A DNA stretch of 64,000 nt, taken from assembly GCF_009914755.1 (NCBI RefSeq), contig NC_060931.1, one strand, 5' to 3'. Below are positions 1-25,337 of this stretch, piece by piece. The position numbers were made by a program, and so were the translations under genes. This DNA comes from the human T2T-CHM13v2.0 reference genome, Homo sapiens. A model generated the notes under the pieces. That model was given only the letters and a program-made list of their open reading frames with translations, was not told the origin of the DNA and did no database searches. Each line of letters begins with the position of its first letter. Position 1 is the first letter of the stretch.

Positions 1-456
1 GATAATACTGAATGTCAATAAATACTGCTCACTTTCCCCAATAAATGTCATCATCAGAAGGCTGTTTGTTACTCTGTCGTTATCCAGAGATGTCTTCCTT
101 GTAGGAATCATGCTGCTCTCAAGTGCCTACATGGTGATTCTCTTGTCCAGGCATCAGAGGCGCTCCCAGCACCTTCACAGCACTAGCTTTTTATTAAGAA
201 CCTCCCCAGAGAAAAGGGCCACCAAAACCATCTTGCTGCTGGTGAGGTTCTTTCTGGTTATGTACTCATTGGACTTGTCTCATCCTCCACAATGTTGTTA
301 TGGGTATTCAGTCCTGTCATCTACAGTGTCCACAAGCTTATGGTCAATGCCTATGCCACTGTCAGTCCTATGGTGCTAATCAGATCTGATAAAAGAATCA
401 TCAGTATTCTGCCAAAGGTTCATTGGAAGTGCCATCCATTTTTAACAAGTTGGTGA
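1..456 (+). pseudogene. Vomeronasal type-1 receptor (V1R/VN1R family) pseudogene, 3' part; the 5' part lies outside the window
   Basis: Frame from nt 2 reads IILNVNKYCSLSP...RDVFLVGIMLLSSAYMVILLSRHQRRSQHLHSTS...SPEKRATKTILLLV (V1R TM5-IC3-TM6 motifs). After a frameshift near 275-280 it continues SSTMLLWVFSPVIYSVHKLMVNAYATVSPMVLIRSDKRII...W, with TGA at 454-456. Intronless. Confidence 0.9.
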
Positions 457-551
457 TATTTATTTTGTCGTCATCAATTAAATTATTCAAAAACAAAATT
501 TGCTATCTGATTTAAATAAAACATGTGGAATTGCACTTTTGTAATATCTAA

Positions 552-861
<310 letters not shown>

Positions 862-1006
862 TATCTCAATATTTTTAAAATTTCCTGGTGCTAAGAACTA
901 CATGGTGTCCTCAGTTTGGTGTCCTCAGTTCAGTTTCCCCCATGATTTAATATTCCCCAAGCATGTCTCTCACTTCTTAATTTTACCTTTATACAGGAAA
1001 CACTAA

Positions 1007-2320
<1,314 letters not shown>

Positions 2321-2439
2321 TATTAATATTTTATTAACTTTTTTTCTGTTTTCTGGTTTTATACAAAGGTGAGACATTTTGCTCTCACTGCTTTTATGAG
2401 CTTTTTTTTTATGTTGGTGTTATGAAGTTTGACCTTTTT

Positions 2440-3392
<953 letters not shown>

Positions 3393-4669
3393 ACTATTAC
3401 TTCACTTAAGATTTTTTTATCTCTTTTTGACACATTACACTTGTAAACTTTTAAAGGATTTAAAGATTTTCAGTTTTAGAAACTATTTAATCACCAATTC
3501 TTTAAATATTTTTTGTTTATATAGTCTAGTAAAGGAATTAGATGTTCATTTCTTCTCAATCCAATCTTCATATATGAATAATTTCATTCTCTATTAACTT
3601 GCCTTCTGTAAAATATGTAACTATATCAATTTTGCTTAGTATTCGATTTTATTGGCCTCTCGTCAGCTCAGTGTATTTTAATATGTAACCCATATGTTGT
3701 ACATTACACTGTTTCACCACATTTGTAATAGCTTACTTTCAATTTGCTTTTTTTTTTCAGATATGACTTGAGAAGCTTATCGTTTTTTTTTTCTTTGCCC
3801 ATTACTTTGGCTGTTTTTTCATTGTATTGACAAATATTTAAACATAAGCTAAATATCTGATGTTTATGTACCATATAATTTCTTTCGACCCTTCATCATG
3901 GTGGTTTATCTAATTGTGTGCAACATAATGCATAACTTAGTTTTCACATATGGAAGATATCATACTTGGATTGTCACCAGTCTGTATATTTATTCGCTGA
4001 TTCCATTTGCCTTGTTGGAAGTTGAACAACCCACATGAATCTGACGTTCTTGTGATTAGTCCTGTCTGAATAGAGCACGTGCTTCTTAGGTTGACTACTC
4101 CACTGGGATTATTCCCTTCATTTACTTCTGGTCCTGGGAATTTATATTTTTCTTCAACTATATTTAGCATAATATGGATTGTTTTAACTTCCTGACAATT
4201 TTAATTGTATTAAATGTTTAAAAAATATATATTATTTTCCTGAAAAGCATAAATAGCAACAGTTGCATACATTAGTAAAATGTGGCATAGTCTATGACAT
4301 AAAACATCATCTCGTGTGAAATCTCAAGTCTCTTGATGTAGAAGACCTCCTTCCCAATACATCATATTGGAGTAATTTGTGAAGTGTGATTACTTTTTAC
4401 TATTATGTATGTATTGTATACGTATTATGCACAAATTTCAGAAACACTCCAACGAATATATAGCCAGAATTACTGTTTTATATCATAGAAAGCTAATATG
4501 GGTTATTTACCTTAATTCAGATTTTTTTTCTACAATTACTATTATTTCTCACAGCACTTCCCTGATATCAAAAACGTAGTTGGATTTAGATTTTTTATTT
4601 AATCCAGAAGATGTTGAAAAAGGTTTTAAGTGGAGTTTACCCGTGGCTAGATAGTACTTGTTACCTTTA

Positions 4670-5220
4670 ACTTTTTTTTACATTTATTGAGGTATAATTG
4701 ACAAACTAAAAGTATATATATTTAGGATGTAGAATATGATGTTTTGAGACATGTTTATATATTTTTTAATTACCTCGGTTAAGCTAGTTAACATATTTAT
4801 CACTTTACATAGTTACTTTGTGTGTCTGTGTGTGAGTGGATATGAGTGGTAAGATTACTTGAGATTTGATTTTGAAAAAATTTTAAGTATACAGTATTAT
4901 TAACTATAGTCACCAGTCTGTATGTTGCATTCTCAGCATTTATTTATTTTATAGCTGTAAGTATGTATTTTTAGACTGATACCTTGTCATTTCCTCCCAC
5001 ATCCTAGCCTATAGTAATCATTATTCTTGTTTCTATGAGTTGGAGTTTTTAAAGATTTCACATAAATGTGAAATCATGCAGTACTTGTCTTTCTGTATCT
5101 GACTTATTTCACTTAACATAATGTCTTCATGGTTCATCAATGTTGTTGAAAAAGGCGGAATTTTCATCTTTATTAAAGATAAATTACATATATTAGTTTC
5201 TTCATATATTCATCTATGCT
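4670..5220 (-). mobile_element. Old L1 (L1MA/MB) 3' end
   Basis: tttattgaggtataattgacaa...ttatttcacttaacataatgtcttc antisense 3' UTR motifs. Confidence 0.7.
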
Positions 5221-6493
5221 AAGTAGTAACCTCTGTAATTTATCAAATTATCTTTTCCATATTATCATTCAAATACAATATTGTTTTGCATTTATTATTA
5301 TTAAAATTAATTTCCTGTCTTTAAAAAATTTTTATGAAATTTATGGGGCCAATTCAATCTGCCCTCTTGATAAAAGCCAAAGTTACATGTCAGTTTTACT
5401 AATTTGGATTTGATTGAGATTTTTATTGCCTCAAATAATAAGTATAAGCATTAAGGATAAAAATACAGTTATGTTCTTCATCTTACAACAAAGCAATCTT
5501 TGGGTTATTTATTGGACAAAAGACTCATTCTATATTATTATTTCTATTTTTATGTTACTTACCTAAACGTTTATTACACATAGAATGCCACAAAATAGGA
5601 ATAAATTGGTAGTCACAAATCATGAAAGTAAAATTAAGAAACAAGATATGCTTCCCAGAGAATGTCTGTAACAAAAATAAATGAAGTATGTTTTAGGTGA
5701 TGCATATTCTAATTCCCCTGATTTGATTATTACATATTATATGCTTGTATCAGACTATCACACGTATTACATAAAGATACACAACTATTATGTATCTGTA
5801 ACAATTAAAAATAAAAAAGAAAGTAGATATGAATATATGTATATATAATCATGTAACAAGTAAAGTATTAATTAAAAATATTTCCACAAAGAAAAGTTTA
5901 CAGCCTGATATCTTATGTGTCAAATTCAATGAACATTTAATAAATAATATCAATTGTTTAAAAAAACTTTCAAAAACTGAAAAGAAATTTATACTTTCTA
6001 ACTCACAACACTAGAGTTATTATACAACAAAATATATGACAAAAATGAAAAAATTCTCCAGATTGAAAAATAACAAAACTGTCTTTTTTTGCAGATGATA
6101 TAATTTTCTATATAAAAATATATAAGGGGTTCAATAAAATATCCCTAAAACTATAAAGTTAATTAATGTCACAAAATGAAAGATCAGAAAACAAAATTAA
6201 GTTGCAGTTATAGATGAAATAAATCAATGAAAATGAAATAAAGAAAAAAATCATTTATAATAGCAATAAACAGAAATATTAACAAAGTTTTAAAAAGAAG
6301 TACAAATGTATTACACTCGATTTCTTAATTCAGAAAAATCATAGAACTGAATACATTAACATACATTAAATAATCAATTACCATTTTTAAGATTATAATA
6401 TCTCACAGATCTACAGATTCAATAAAATCTCTTCAAATTTTTAACTAGTTCTAGTGGAAATTGACAAGTTCTTCCAAAAAACAAATATAGATA

Positions 6494-6765
6494 AGCTGGG
6501 CTTGGCGGCTTTGGGAGGCTGAGGTTGGAGGACTGCTTGAGGCCTGTAGTTGAAAAAGAGCCTGGGCAACATAGGAAGGTACTGTGTCTACAATGATAAA
6601 AAAATAAAATTAGCTGGATATGGTAGTGCATGCGTATAGTCCCACCTACTTGGGAGGCTGAGGTGGTGGAATTGCTTGAGCACAGGAGTTTGAGGTAACA
6701 GTGAGCTTTGATTGATCCACCTCACTCCAGCCTGAGTGGCAGAGTGAGACCCTGTCTCTAAAAAA
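6494..6765 (+). mobile_element. Alu (AluJ-type, degraded)
   Basis: ggaggactgcttgagg, gcttgagcacaggagtttgagg and gtgagaccctgtctc J-type features. Confidence 0.85.
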
Positions 6766-6901
6766 TGATTTTAAAAAACAATATAAATGTGCACAGAATA
6801 CCAAATACACAAAAGTCTTTAAAAACAATTTATACTTTTTGATATAAATTCTTATTATCAAAGATAGATTCACATAATTAATAGAATATATTTGAAGATC
6901 C

Positions 6902-7190
6902 AGCTGGGCGCGGTGGCTCATGTCTGAAATCCCAGCACTCTCGGAGGCCGAGGCAGGTGGATCACTGGGGTCAGGAGTTCAAGACCAGCCTGGCCAACAT
7001 AGTGAAATGCCATCTCTACTACAAATACAAAAAAATTAGCCAGGTGTGGTGGCATATGCTTGTAATCCCAGCTACTCGGAAGGCTGAGGCAGGAGAATCG
7101 CTAGAACCCGGGAGTCAGAGGTTGCAGTGAACCGCGATTGCACCATTGCACTCCAGCCTGGGCAACAGAGCGACCGTATCAAAAAAAAAA
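6902..7190 (+). mobile_element. Alu (AluS)
   Basis: Full sense dimer with A tail. Confidence 0.95.
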
Positions 7191-8125
7191 TGACTATCTC
7201 AAAAAAAATCCATTAAAAAACACATTGATTTATGGCAAATTAATATTCACAATAGTTCCAAAAAATTTAAATGTGGAAGAAACATCTTTTCTGGGAATTT
7301 TTCTAAGAACATTGGCTATAAACATTTAAAATAAAAAGTTAGACCCCTATCTCAAATCAAACATACAGAAGTACTTAATGTAAGCTGTAAGGCTAAATGT
7401 AAGAGCTAAAATGACAAATTTCTCACAAGAAACATAGAAGTAAATTTTTATAATCTTGTATTAATTTCTTTTGTTTGTTTTTTACATTTAGGTTTGTTTT
7501 ATTTAATGTTAATTCCATACTGTGTTTCAGTAAGAATGATACAGATTCTGTGTCTGTGGCTCCAGTCAGATATCCAGTAGTACAAATTAGCTTCCAGTTA
7601 CATATACTGAACAAAAGAGATTGAGCTAGTAGAGGGGAGGAGTGAAGTAAAAGTAGGCAAGAATGAGCAGCCACGATTGTTGAACTGTTACCAGCACCAT
7701 GCTTTCTAGTAATATTTCAGCAGAGTTTGAAACACTTTTTACAGCAAAACCATTACAACTCCTCCCTCCGCAAACAACGTTTAACCATCTCAAGCTAACA
7801 CCCAATTACTTTGAAACATTTGGTATAAAATACGGTTCAAACAATTAGAAAAACTGAAAAATGATACCACTTAATGCCTCTATAGTGTGATTAACATCTC
7901 CCTTAGATGCTTGCATCACCTAGAAGTCTAATGGCTTTCAAACGTAATTTCCATTTCTAATGGTAATCTTGCCACATCTGGCACGGAGACAATACAGTAA
8001 TGCTGAAAAAGCCTCTGCGGTCCTGTTAGTGTCTTAAAGAACCTAAAAGCTGGGACCAGTAAAATCCACAGAAATTCACTTCTTGACTTTAAGAACTTTT
8101 GAAAACTGTTAAAAAACAAACAAAC

Positions 8126-8128
<3 letters not shown>

Positions 8129-8172
<44 letters not shown>
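8129..8172. repeat. (CA)n microsatellite inside the YWHAE retrocopy 3' UTR
   Basis: Direct reading. Confidence 0.95.
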
Positions 8173-8175
<3 letters not shown>

Positions 8176-8527
8176 TCCCACAAAAAACAACAACAGGGCA
8201 GGAACCTAAATTCTGAGGCCAAATGTAAAAGTCAGATTTGGTGGTTCTTAGTGACAATGGGGACTTTCCAAGGGGTGGGTGGGATGGGGAAGAGTGGGGG
8301 GGTCAGGGATGGTTTCTCTTGTTGGCTTTTATGTCTCACTGATTTTCATCTTCCACGTCCTGCAGCGCTTCTTTATTCTGTTCTTCACCATCACCCTGCA
8401 TGCCTGAAGTCCATAGTGTCATTATAGCTTCCTTCACTCAGCGTATCCAGTTCTGCAATTGCATCATCAAAAGCTGCTTTTGCCAACCTGCAGGCATGGT
8501 CAGGGGACTTAAGAATTTCATAGTAGA

Positions 8528-8900
<373 letters not shown>

Positions 8901-9381
8901 TCACTAGCAGCTTTATAACCCACTAGGCTGTTCTCCACAGCCTCCTTCCTGTCATTTCCTGTGGCAAATTCTGCCAGATACCTGTGGTAGTCCCCTTTCA
9001 TTTTATAATAGAAAACCTTGGACTCACCAGTGTTAGCTGCTGGAATGAGGTTTTGTCCAGTACATACAGAAAGTGACAACAGATTAAATTTAGCTCAGTC
9101 TCAACCATTTGCTGATATTCCCAAATCATTTTTAGCTTGTCTTCTCCCTTGTTTTCTTCTTTCTGTTCAATGCTGATTATTCTCCAGAAGGCTCTTCTAG
9201 CTTCAATCACATTGTTATATGAAACAGATAGGAGGTTTCTTTCTTCAACTGTCAGCTCCACATCCATCCCTGCTACTTTCTTCATTGACTACACTATTTC
9301 TTGGAAGATACTGCGGGTTCGCTTCCAAAGCACGTTGTATTGCTCAGCCTGCTGGCCTGCTTTGCCTGGTAGCAGATCCTC

Positions 9382-9383
<2 letters not shown>

Positions 9384-9421
<38 letters not shown>

Positions 9422-9688
9422 GAGACGGTCTCGCTCTGTCGCCCAGGCTGGAGTGCATGGCGCCGGCTCACTGCAAGCCCTGCCTCCCAGGTACACGCCA
9501 TTCTCCTGCCTCAGCCTCCCGAGCAGCTGGGACTACAGGCACCCGCCACCGCTCCCCGCTAATTTTTTGTATTTTTAGTAGAGACGGGGTTTCACCGTGT
9601 TAGCCAGGATGGTCTCCTGACCTCGTGATCCGCCCGTTTTGGCCTCCCAAAGTGGTGGGATTGCAGGCATGAGCCACCGCGCCCAGCC
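9384..9688 (-). mobile_element. AluY inserted just after the YWHAE start codon
   Basis: AluY diagnostics and long pure T run; TSD a(g/c)cagatcctct at 9371-9382 and 9689-9700. Confidence 0.95.
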
Positions 9689-10826
9689 ACCAGATCCTCT
9701 TGATCACCCATAGTGGCAGAGGCTCCCACAGGGTCTGTGCGACGGACGGAAGCAGATAGTGTCTCTGACTCTCTCAGCCTCTGGTTCCATGTCCGGGCAG
9801 CAAAAATGGTGGCATCTCAATCTGGGACTTCCACCTGCGCACGCGGACAACTGCTCAGCTCTATGGCAACCGCTCCCTGGCAACTAAGGATTTCTTAAAT
9901 AATACCACAAAAAAGCATAATCAAGAAGAAACTGATAAACTTCATCAAATTGAGAAACATTTTTTTCAAACACCAAGAAGAATATATAATCTAAGCTGCA
10001 TAATGAGAGAAAATATTTCAAATTATATATCTTCTTAGGCTCTAGTATCCGGAATATAAACAAAACCAAAACAAAACTCTTATATGTCAAATAAAAGGAC
10101 AAATTACCAATTAAAAATGGTCAAGGGGCTTGAATATATGTTTTACCAAAGAAGATAGGCAAATTGCTAATATGAACATAAAAATATGCTCAATATAATT
10201 TCCTACTAGGAAAATAAAAATCAAATGACAATGAGATAACAATGAACACACTATATCGGCTATGACAAAGAGACAATAACAAGTGTCAGCAAATCTGGAA
10301 AGTATGGAATTTCTATGCATTGCAGCTGGAAAGGTAAAATAATGTAGTCATTTTGTAAAACAATTTGGCAGTTCTTCAAAATTTTAAACACAGAATTGCC
10401 ACATGGCCCAGAAATTTTTCTCCACATATGTATGCAAAGGAAATGAAAATCTAAGTCACACAAAGACTTGCATGTGAATGTTCACAGCAGCAATGTTTAT
10501 AAGAGCCAAAGGGGAATACCATCCAAATGTCCACCAGCTAGTGAAAAAATATGTGTCATATTTATGCAATAAAATCCTCAGCATTCAAAGGGAATTAAGC
10601 AATAATCCATGCTACATTGGAAATAAACCTCAAAAATAGTAAACTAAGTGAAACAAACTAGGTTTCAAAAAGATTATGTAATGTATAATTCCATATATAA
10701 AAAGAGTCCATAAAAAGCTCATTGATAGAAAATAAATTAATAGATGTCTAAGGCCTGGGTGATGGTGGAGAGTGAATGAAAACAAGATAGATTTTACTCT
10801 GAGATGATGAACATATTTTAAAGTTA

Positions 10827-11195
<369 letters not shown>

Positions 11196-12058
11196 TTACA
11201 ATGTCATTGTATTATATAAATTATATCCCATTAAAGCCTATCAAAAATAAACATGCCAAAAGTATTAAAATAGTTTCTGACTTTAAGAAATCCAAGTAAC
11301 AGACTTTTAACACCAAAGTTATTTCTGCTGATTTAATAAATATTAAAGAAAGAAGAAGATACTTTAAATATCACAAAAGGACACAAGTGCAACCAAAAAC
11401 ATTATAGAGGTTACGTAAGCAAAAAGAAAACAGTTTGTAAGGAGTATTTATGAACAGGAACCATCTGGTTTTACTAGACTAGAAAAGTGAAGTCATTCAC
11501 AGAAGACTACTGTAACTCACAGATGGTTAGAAACAAGTTATGTCATCATAGAATTAAAACAATTCATTTTAAAAATTAAAAATTAATTAAATTTTTAAAT
11601 TAAAAAATCATTAAAATTAATTAATTAAAAATATTCAGAGATGCAATCTAATATAAAGTTGGTTGATGGCACCCGTCTCTACAGTTAGAGTAGCCTATTG
11701 CTAATGCAAAAGCTGCACATTCATCACTTCTTCAAAACCAATCTCAATACCCAAATCTGATACTAATCTCTAAATTTATTACTACAATTTATGAGAAGAT
11801 ATCTGCCTATTTTTTAAATTATGTAACATGGCTAATGTTCAGTGTTTGAAGGTTTTTATTAAAAATAACTTAAATTTTTTATTTACAACTCATTATGGAA
11901 ATTAAAAATGTAAACAAAGATATGGAAATTATACAAAAATTCATGAGTACCCATCACAAGGCTCCAGCCATTATTTTGTCTTTCATTTTCAATTATTAAC
12001 TCCATATTTTGGTAAAATGTTAAAGTAAATATAAGAATCTGTATTGTTAAATTTGTAG

Positions 12059-13880
<1,822 letters not shown>

Positions 13881-14044
13881 TATCTAATATTTTAAATAAT
13901 GTGCAAAAAAGGAAACAAAATCAGATTATTCAGTAACAACTGTAACAAAAATTATAGCACATCTGTACAACTTGACATCAAATAATTGTTACATTGCATG
14001 GTAGTTGTGAAAACATACATGTAGATAAAATATTTAAAAAAGAA

Positions 14045-15455
<1,411 letters not shown>

Positions 15456-15519
15456 TAATGAAAATGGGTTTAGAGGGAAAACACCAGAATTAACAGGGGA
15501 CTTTAAAAAAGCTAACTAA

Positions 15520-16119
<600 letters not shown>

Positions 16120-17809
16120 GCTAACTAATGAGCTCCCTTCCAAACCAACAGAATCGCGTTTTCTTACAGTGAGTGAGATCTGGAATACCAAATAATTTAT
16201 ATGCACATGAAAGCTTGAAAGGCAATGCTTAGCTAAGTGGCTCTCACCCTAAACTTCCATTTAAGAGCGTGTGGCCAGTTTGAAGAAATGCCATCCCCTG
16301 TGCCCTCGCCACTGCTTCTACCTATTGTTCTGGGTGGAATCGTTCATGTTGTTCTAATTAATTGCCCCATGTGATTCCAAGGTGAGGCCAGGGTAAAGCA
16401 CACAGGCTCCCAAATCCTTTCAGGAGAGTTGAGTTAAGCTTTTTCCCTGAAGGGAGATCACAGAGGCTGCTCTGCTTGCGTTTGGTAGGGAGCAGGTCAG
16501 TTTAGCCCATATTCCCATTGCTGTAACAGAAACCACTGGAGTCTGTGGCAAGGGAGAGTACCACAGGGCAGAAAAATGAGTAAGTCACAGTTTCATCTTT
16601 ATTTAGCAGGTCATTGTTTCTGAATTCTACAACAAAGGCCAGAAGGAGAGAACATTTTCTGCACTTTAAAGTCCTTCTGCCTGTGGGTGTGGTGGTACCA
16701 GGTAAAAAGTTTGTCCTGATGCCTTCAAGGACACATTCTCAAGATGAAGGTGAGATTTGTTCAGTTAATCTCTCCTGAGAAGGAATCAGAGAAAAGAGAA
16801 AAAATGGGTGATTCTCAGATAAGTGTCCCAGGTCAAAAAATGTGTCCACTTTTTCTTCTAGGATGTCATGTACCTAGAATTGCAATCATTTCCATTTCTA
16901 CTTCTGATGTTCCTGCCTAACAAGATTATTTGAACTACTTTTTTCCTTTTCTTCTCATGACAGTGAAAGGACCTCTTTTAAATAATTCTCCCCTCTATAC
17001 CAGAGCCTTATCTTCATTCTCTCCATCCAGGCTTCTTACATATCACAAATAATTCTTACCTTGAATTTATACTCTGAAATATTGACAGTATTCCCTGTGT
17101 TGACAGATCAGTCTGGGCAGGTGGGGATATAAAACATTCTTTTGGGGGATGGTGCTGGGTCCTCAGATATCAGTGAGTGAGAAAAGTCCACTGTTTATGT
17201 TCCATCTGGATGCTCCATCAGCTCTATGAAGAACATAACTTTTAAATGAACACTTAAAAAGGATGGAATTAATTGCCTAGGATAATTTGGAAGATAGGAA
17301 AAGGGATTAATTTTTACAAATGTGCCTTCTAGGATGCTAAAGAGAGAGCATTTAAATACACTATTAGAAATTACAAAACATGGGAAACATATATGGCTTG
17401 AACTTTACATAAAACTGATGTTTTTAATGATTAGATTCAGATTATGGTGTATGTTTTTTGGCCAGTAATCTTGCAGAAGTCATGTTGAATCCTCCCGTAT
17501 GTATCAGCACCTGATACCCATTTGTCCCATTAATTTTATTCACTTGGTTAAGGTGCTCTCTAAAGGATTCCTCCACCATAAAGTTACTTTTTCTTTGAAC
17601 TCTGTCATTAGCAGTTATCTTGGAGAGACTTTCTGATTAATGTGCATAAACAATCACATTTAATCTAGAAGTGTCCCTTTCTTATTAGTTTCTCTTTGTT
17701 TATATCTTGCTTCAGAAAATGAAGCTTGTCAGCATTGTTTACTGGTCTTATACACTGGGATAAAACCCAGGTTCTGTCACTTACTAGATGTTTTACAAAA
17801 TATTTTTCT

Positions 17810-17955
17810 TAGCTAGAATCATTGGCAACATTGATGAGTTGTTAGCAATGCAGAAACTCAAGTCTCATCCCAGGTCTCTTGAATTAGAATATGCATTTTA
17901 ACAAAATCTCCAGTTTATTGATGTACACATTAACAAATGAGCAGTACCTTCTAAC
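17810..17955. mobile_element. MER5-type (hAT-Charlie) DNA transposon fragment
   Basis: aatgcagaaactcaagtctcatcccagg...gaattagaatatgcattttaacaaaatctccag resembles the MER5 core. Confidence 0.6.
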
Positions 17956-18298
17956 TTAATGTGACTTCTCCATATGGGAACTATATACATCTTACTCTGT
18001 ATAATGTAAATATAGCACTCAAAATTGTATATGCTTGTGTTTATGCCATGAATTGTATGCTGCATCATTCAGAAAACTATAGTACCTACACTGGTTTTGT
18101 GGATCTTATTTCATTCTCTTTCCTCAGAATGAGGGAATACATTAGAGAATCATTCTGTATTAAACAGTATCTTATTGGATAATTCAAGTCTCTCGTGTAA
18201 AACAGAGCCAACTCTCTTAACTCTCAAACACCTAGAGTCAAATTAGGAATTCTGCCCACGGCCACTTGCTAAATATGTGTGTGTGTCTGTGTTTTTAG

Positions 18299-18845
<547 letters not shown>

Positions 18846-19245
18846 TAGGTCAGTACTTTTAAGGAAAACTTGAAGGTTTTTTGGAATAAAAGAAGTCTTC
18901 AAGATACGTTATCTTAACAGAAACCTTCCCCTTTCTTGAGCTAATCTGTATCCTTCACTCTAGATTAGTAGAAATCTAGAAATTCAGTGGCATAAAATAT
19001 TGTTGCCCAAATATTGAAATCCAATATTCATCACCAATTTTAAATTCAATAGTGTTGGATAGTAGAGCTGTGGACCCAGAAATGTAAAATATATTTTAAA
19101 TATTCTAAAGGTTCTGTCAGAAAACACTATTTTGAAATTAATTTTCTAGAATCTTTCATAATATTCTCTCCTCTCTACTGAACATAGTACTAGGTTGGTA
19201 ATTGGAGAATCCCAGCAAGTCATGTTACTTTTTCTAACAAAACCG

Positions 19246-19341
19246 GTCTTGCTGTCTCTAACCCTCATCAGATCTGCTGCCTTAAGCAAATAAAAGAGCC
19301 CTGGAATGTGAGGAGACGTGAGACAGTAGTCAAATACTAAG
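19246..19341 (+). pseudogene. KRAB-B exon, both splice sites mutated
   Basis: 96 nt, GLAVSNPHQICCLKQIKEPWNVRRRETVVKY*; acceptor reads aaaccg and donor reads ataggt. Confidence 0.88.
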
Positions 19342-19789
19342 ATAGGTAAGCATGAATGAAGCAGATAACACAGACCAGAGGTACAAAGGTCAAAAAGAAT
19401 GCCAGACCTTTAAATGTGATATGGGACACTGCTTCAATGGAAATGTTTCCTAAAAAGCCTTTTTCCCTCTTGCTCTCAAATAGGAGTATCTTCTGTCCCA
19501 TACCCTTAAATTCTCTAAGGACTCTACTTCCCATTCTGTGATTTTCCTTTGGGATTACCATGAGAGCCAGAGTCTCCTTTATGGCTTATAAGGTACTGCA
19601 TGATATGCCTGTTCTTCCATTGCTTTGGGGGGATACAAGAATATCTTTATTTTTAAGGAACTGCATATTAGATCATTTTTAAAGTTTTCTTTTTCCATCA
19701 TGTCTGAAACGTGTGAGAGCAGTGCTGATATTAAGATTTGTTTCAGGAATCTTAGAAACATCAATGACAAAAGTTGCTTGTTATTTCTC

Positions 19790-24240
<4,451 letters not shown>

Positions 24241-24354
24241 ATCTGTTATCTTAGGTTGATTTTCAAAACTGCATCTCAGAAAACAATTAATGTATCTTTG
24301 TTGTGTTGGTCATTGAGGTCATTGAGGTCCAGCATACTATGACACCTGACTTAA

Positions 24355-24525
24355 TAGGGTGAGCAGTTAGGATGGGGGTGGAAGATGAGAAATTACTTAA
24401 TGGTTATAATGTACATTATTTGAGTGATGCATGCCCTACAAGCCCTGACCTCACCACTATGGAATATATGCATGTAATTGAATTACACTTGTACCACATA
24501 CATTTGTATAAATAACTTAAAAAGA
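24355..24525 (+). mobile_element. L1MA 3' terminal fragment
   Basis: gatgagaaattacttaatggttataatgtacattatttgagtgatg...cctgacctcaccactatg. Confidence 0.7.
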
Positions 24526-24601
24526 ACTATTAGAGTTTGCTATCTTGCTTGTTCATAAATACAAATACATTATGGATGTTTCCCATGACATTAACTATTA
24601 C

Positions 24602-25213
24602 TGATACAGGAGTTAAAAAGAAATTTTAATTTTAATCAAAAGCAACCCCCAAATTATTTCTTTTCTAACGTAGAGCAGCCTGTAAAATTGAGCTGCACAC
24701 ATACATAAGCAAGATGGAAGCTTGTACAAATAAATGCCGGCAGCTGTGCCAATAGGAAAAGGTGCCACCTGGGGACTAGGCATGTTCAAAAGGGTGGCTC
24801 TATCTTCCCTTTCCTTTGTAAACCATGCGTACAGTAAGAAGCAGGCAACGTGGTGGCAGGCAACATGGCATCAGCCAGGCAAAGACTCCATTTGCATAAT
24901 AGAAGAGTGGTGGGGGCAGCCAGCTTTCTCGTGCACTGTGTAAACATCACACCTGGCCCAACCAATCTTTGGGCCCTATGTAAATCAGATACTGCCTCCT
25001 CAAGCCAGTCTATAAAATCTGGTGCACTTTGCTGCAGGCCGGAAGTCCACTCGGGCAACCCTCTCCCTCCCAGTAGAGAGAGCTATTCTCCTTTCTCTTT
25101 CTTTTGCCTATTAAAGCTCCACTTCTAAACCCACTTCCTGCATGTCCACATACTCAATTTCCTTGGCATGAGACAACAAAACTCAAGTATTTACCCCAAA
25201 TGACACCGCTTCA
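24602..25213 (+). mobile_element. Solo ERV1 LTR, MER50-like
   Basis: TG...CA ends (tgatacaggagttaa...accgcttca), ~4-bp TSD ttac/ttat, TATAAAA near 25011, attaaa signal. Confidence 0.8.
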
Positions 25214-25337
25214 TTATGTTGTAAGTGATTAATTTATTAGTTAAAATTGCTATGTTAAGAAATATAGCACATTTTAAGGCTGCTGATGCACAGTGCAATA
25301 ACTGCCATATACAAGTATTGACACCAATTTATACTAG

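Noticed and set aside
11565-11635. AT-only quasi-palindromic tract
   Set aside because: Short and low-complexity; such symmetry is expected by chance.
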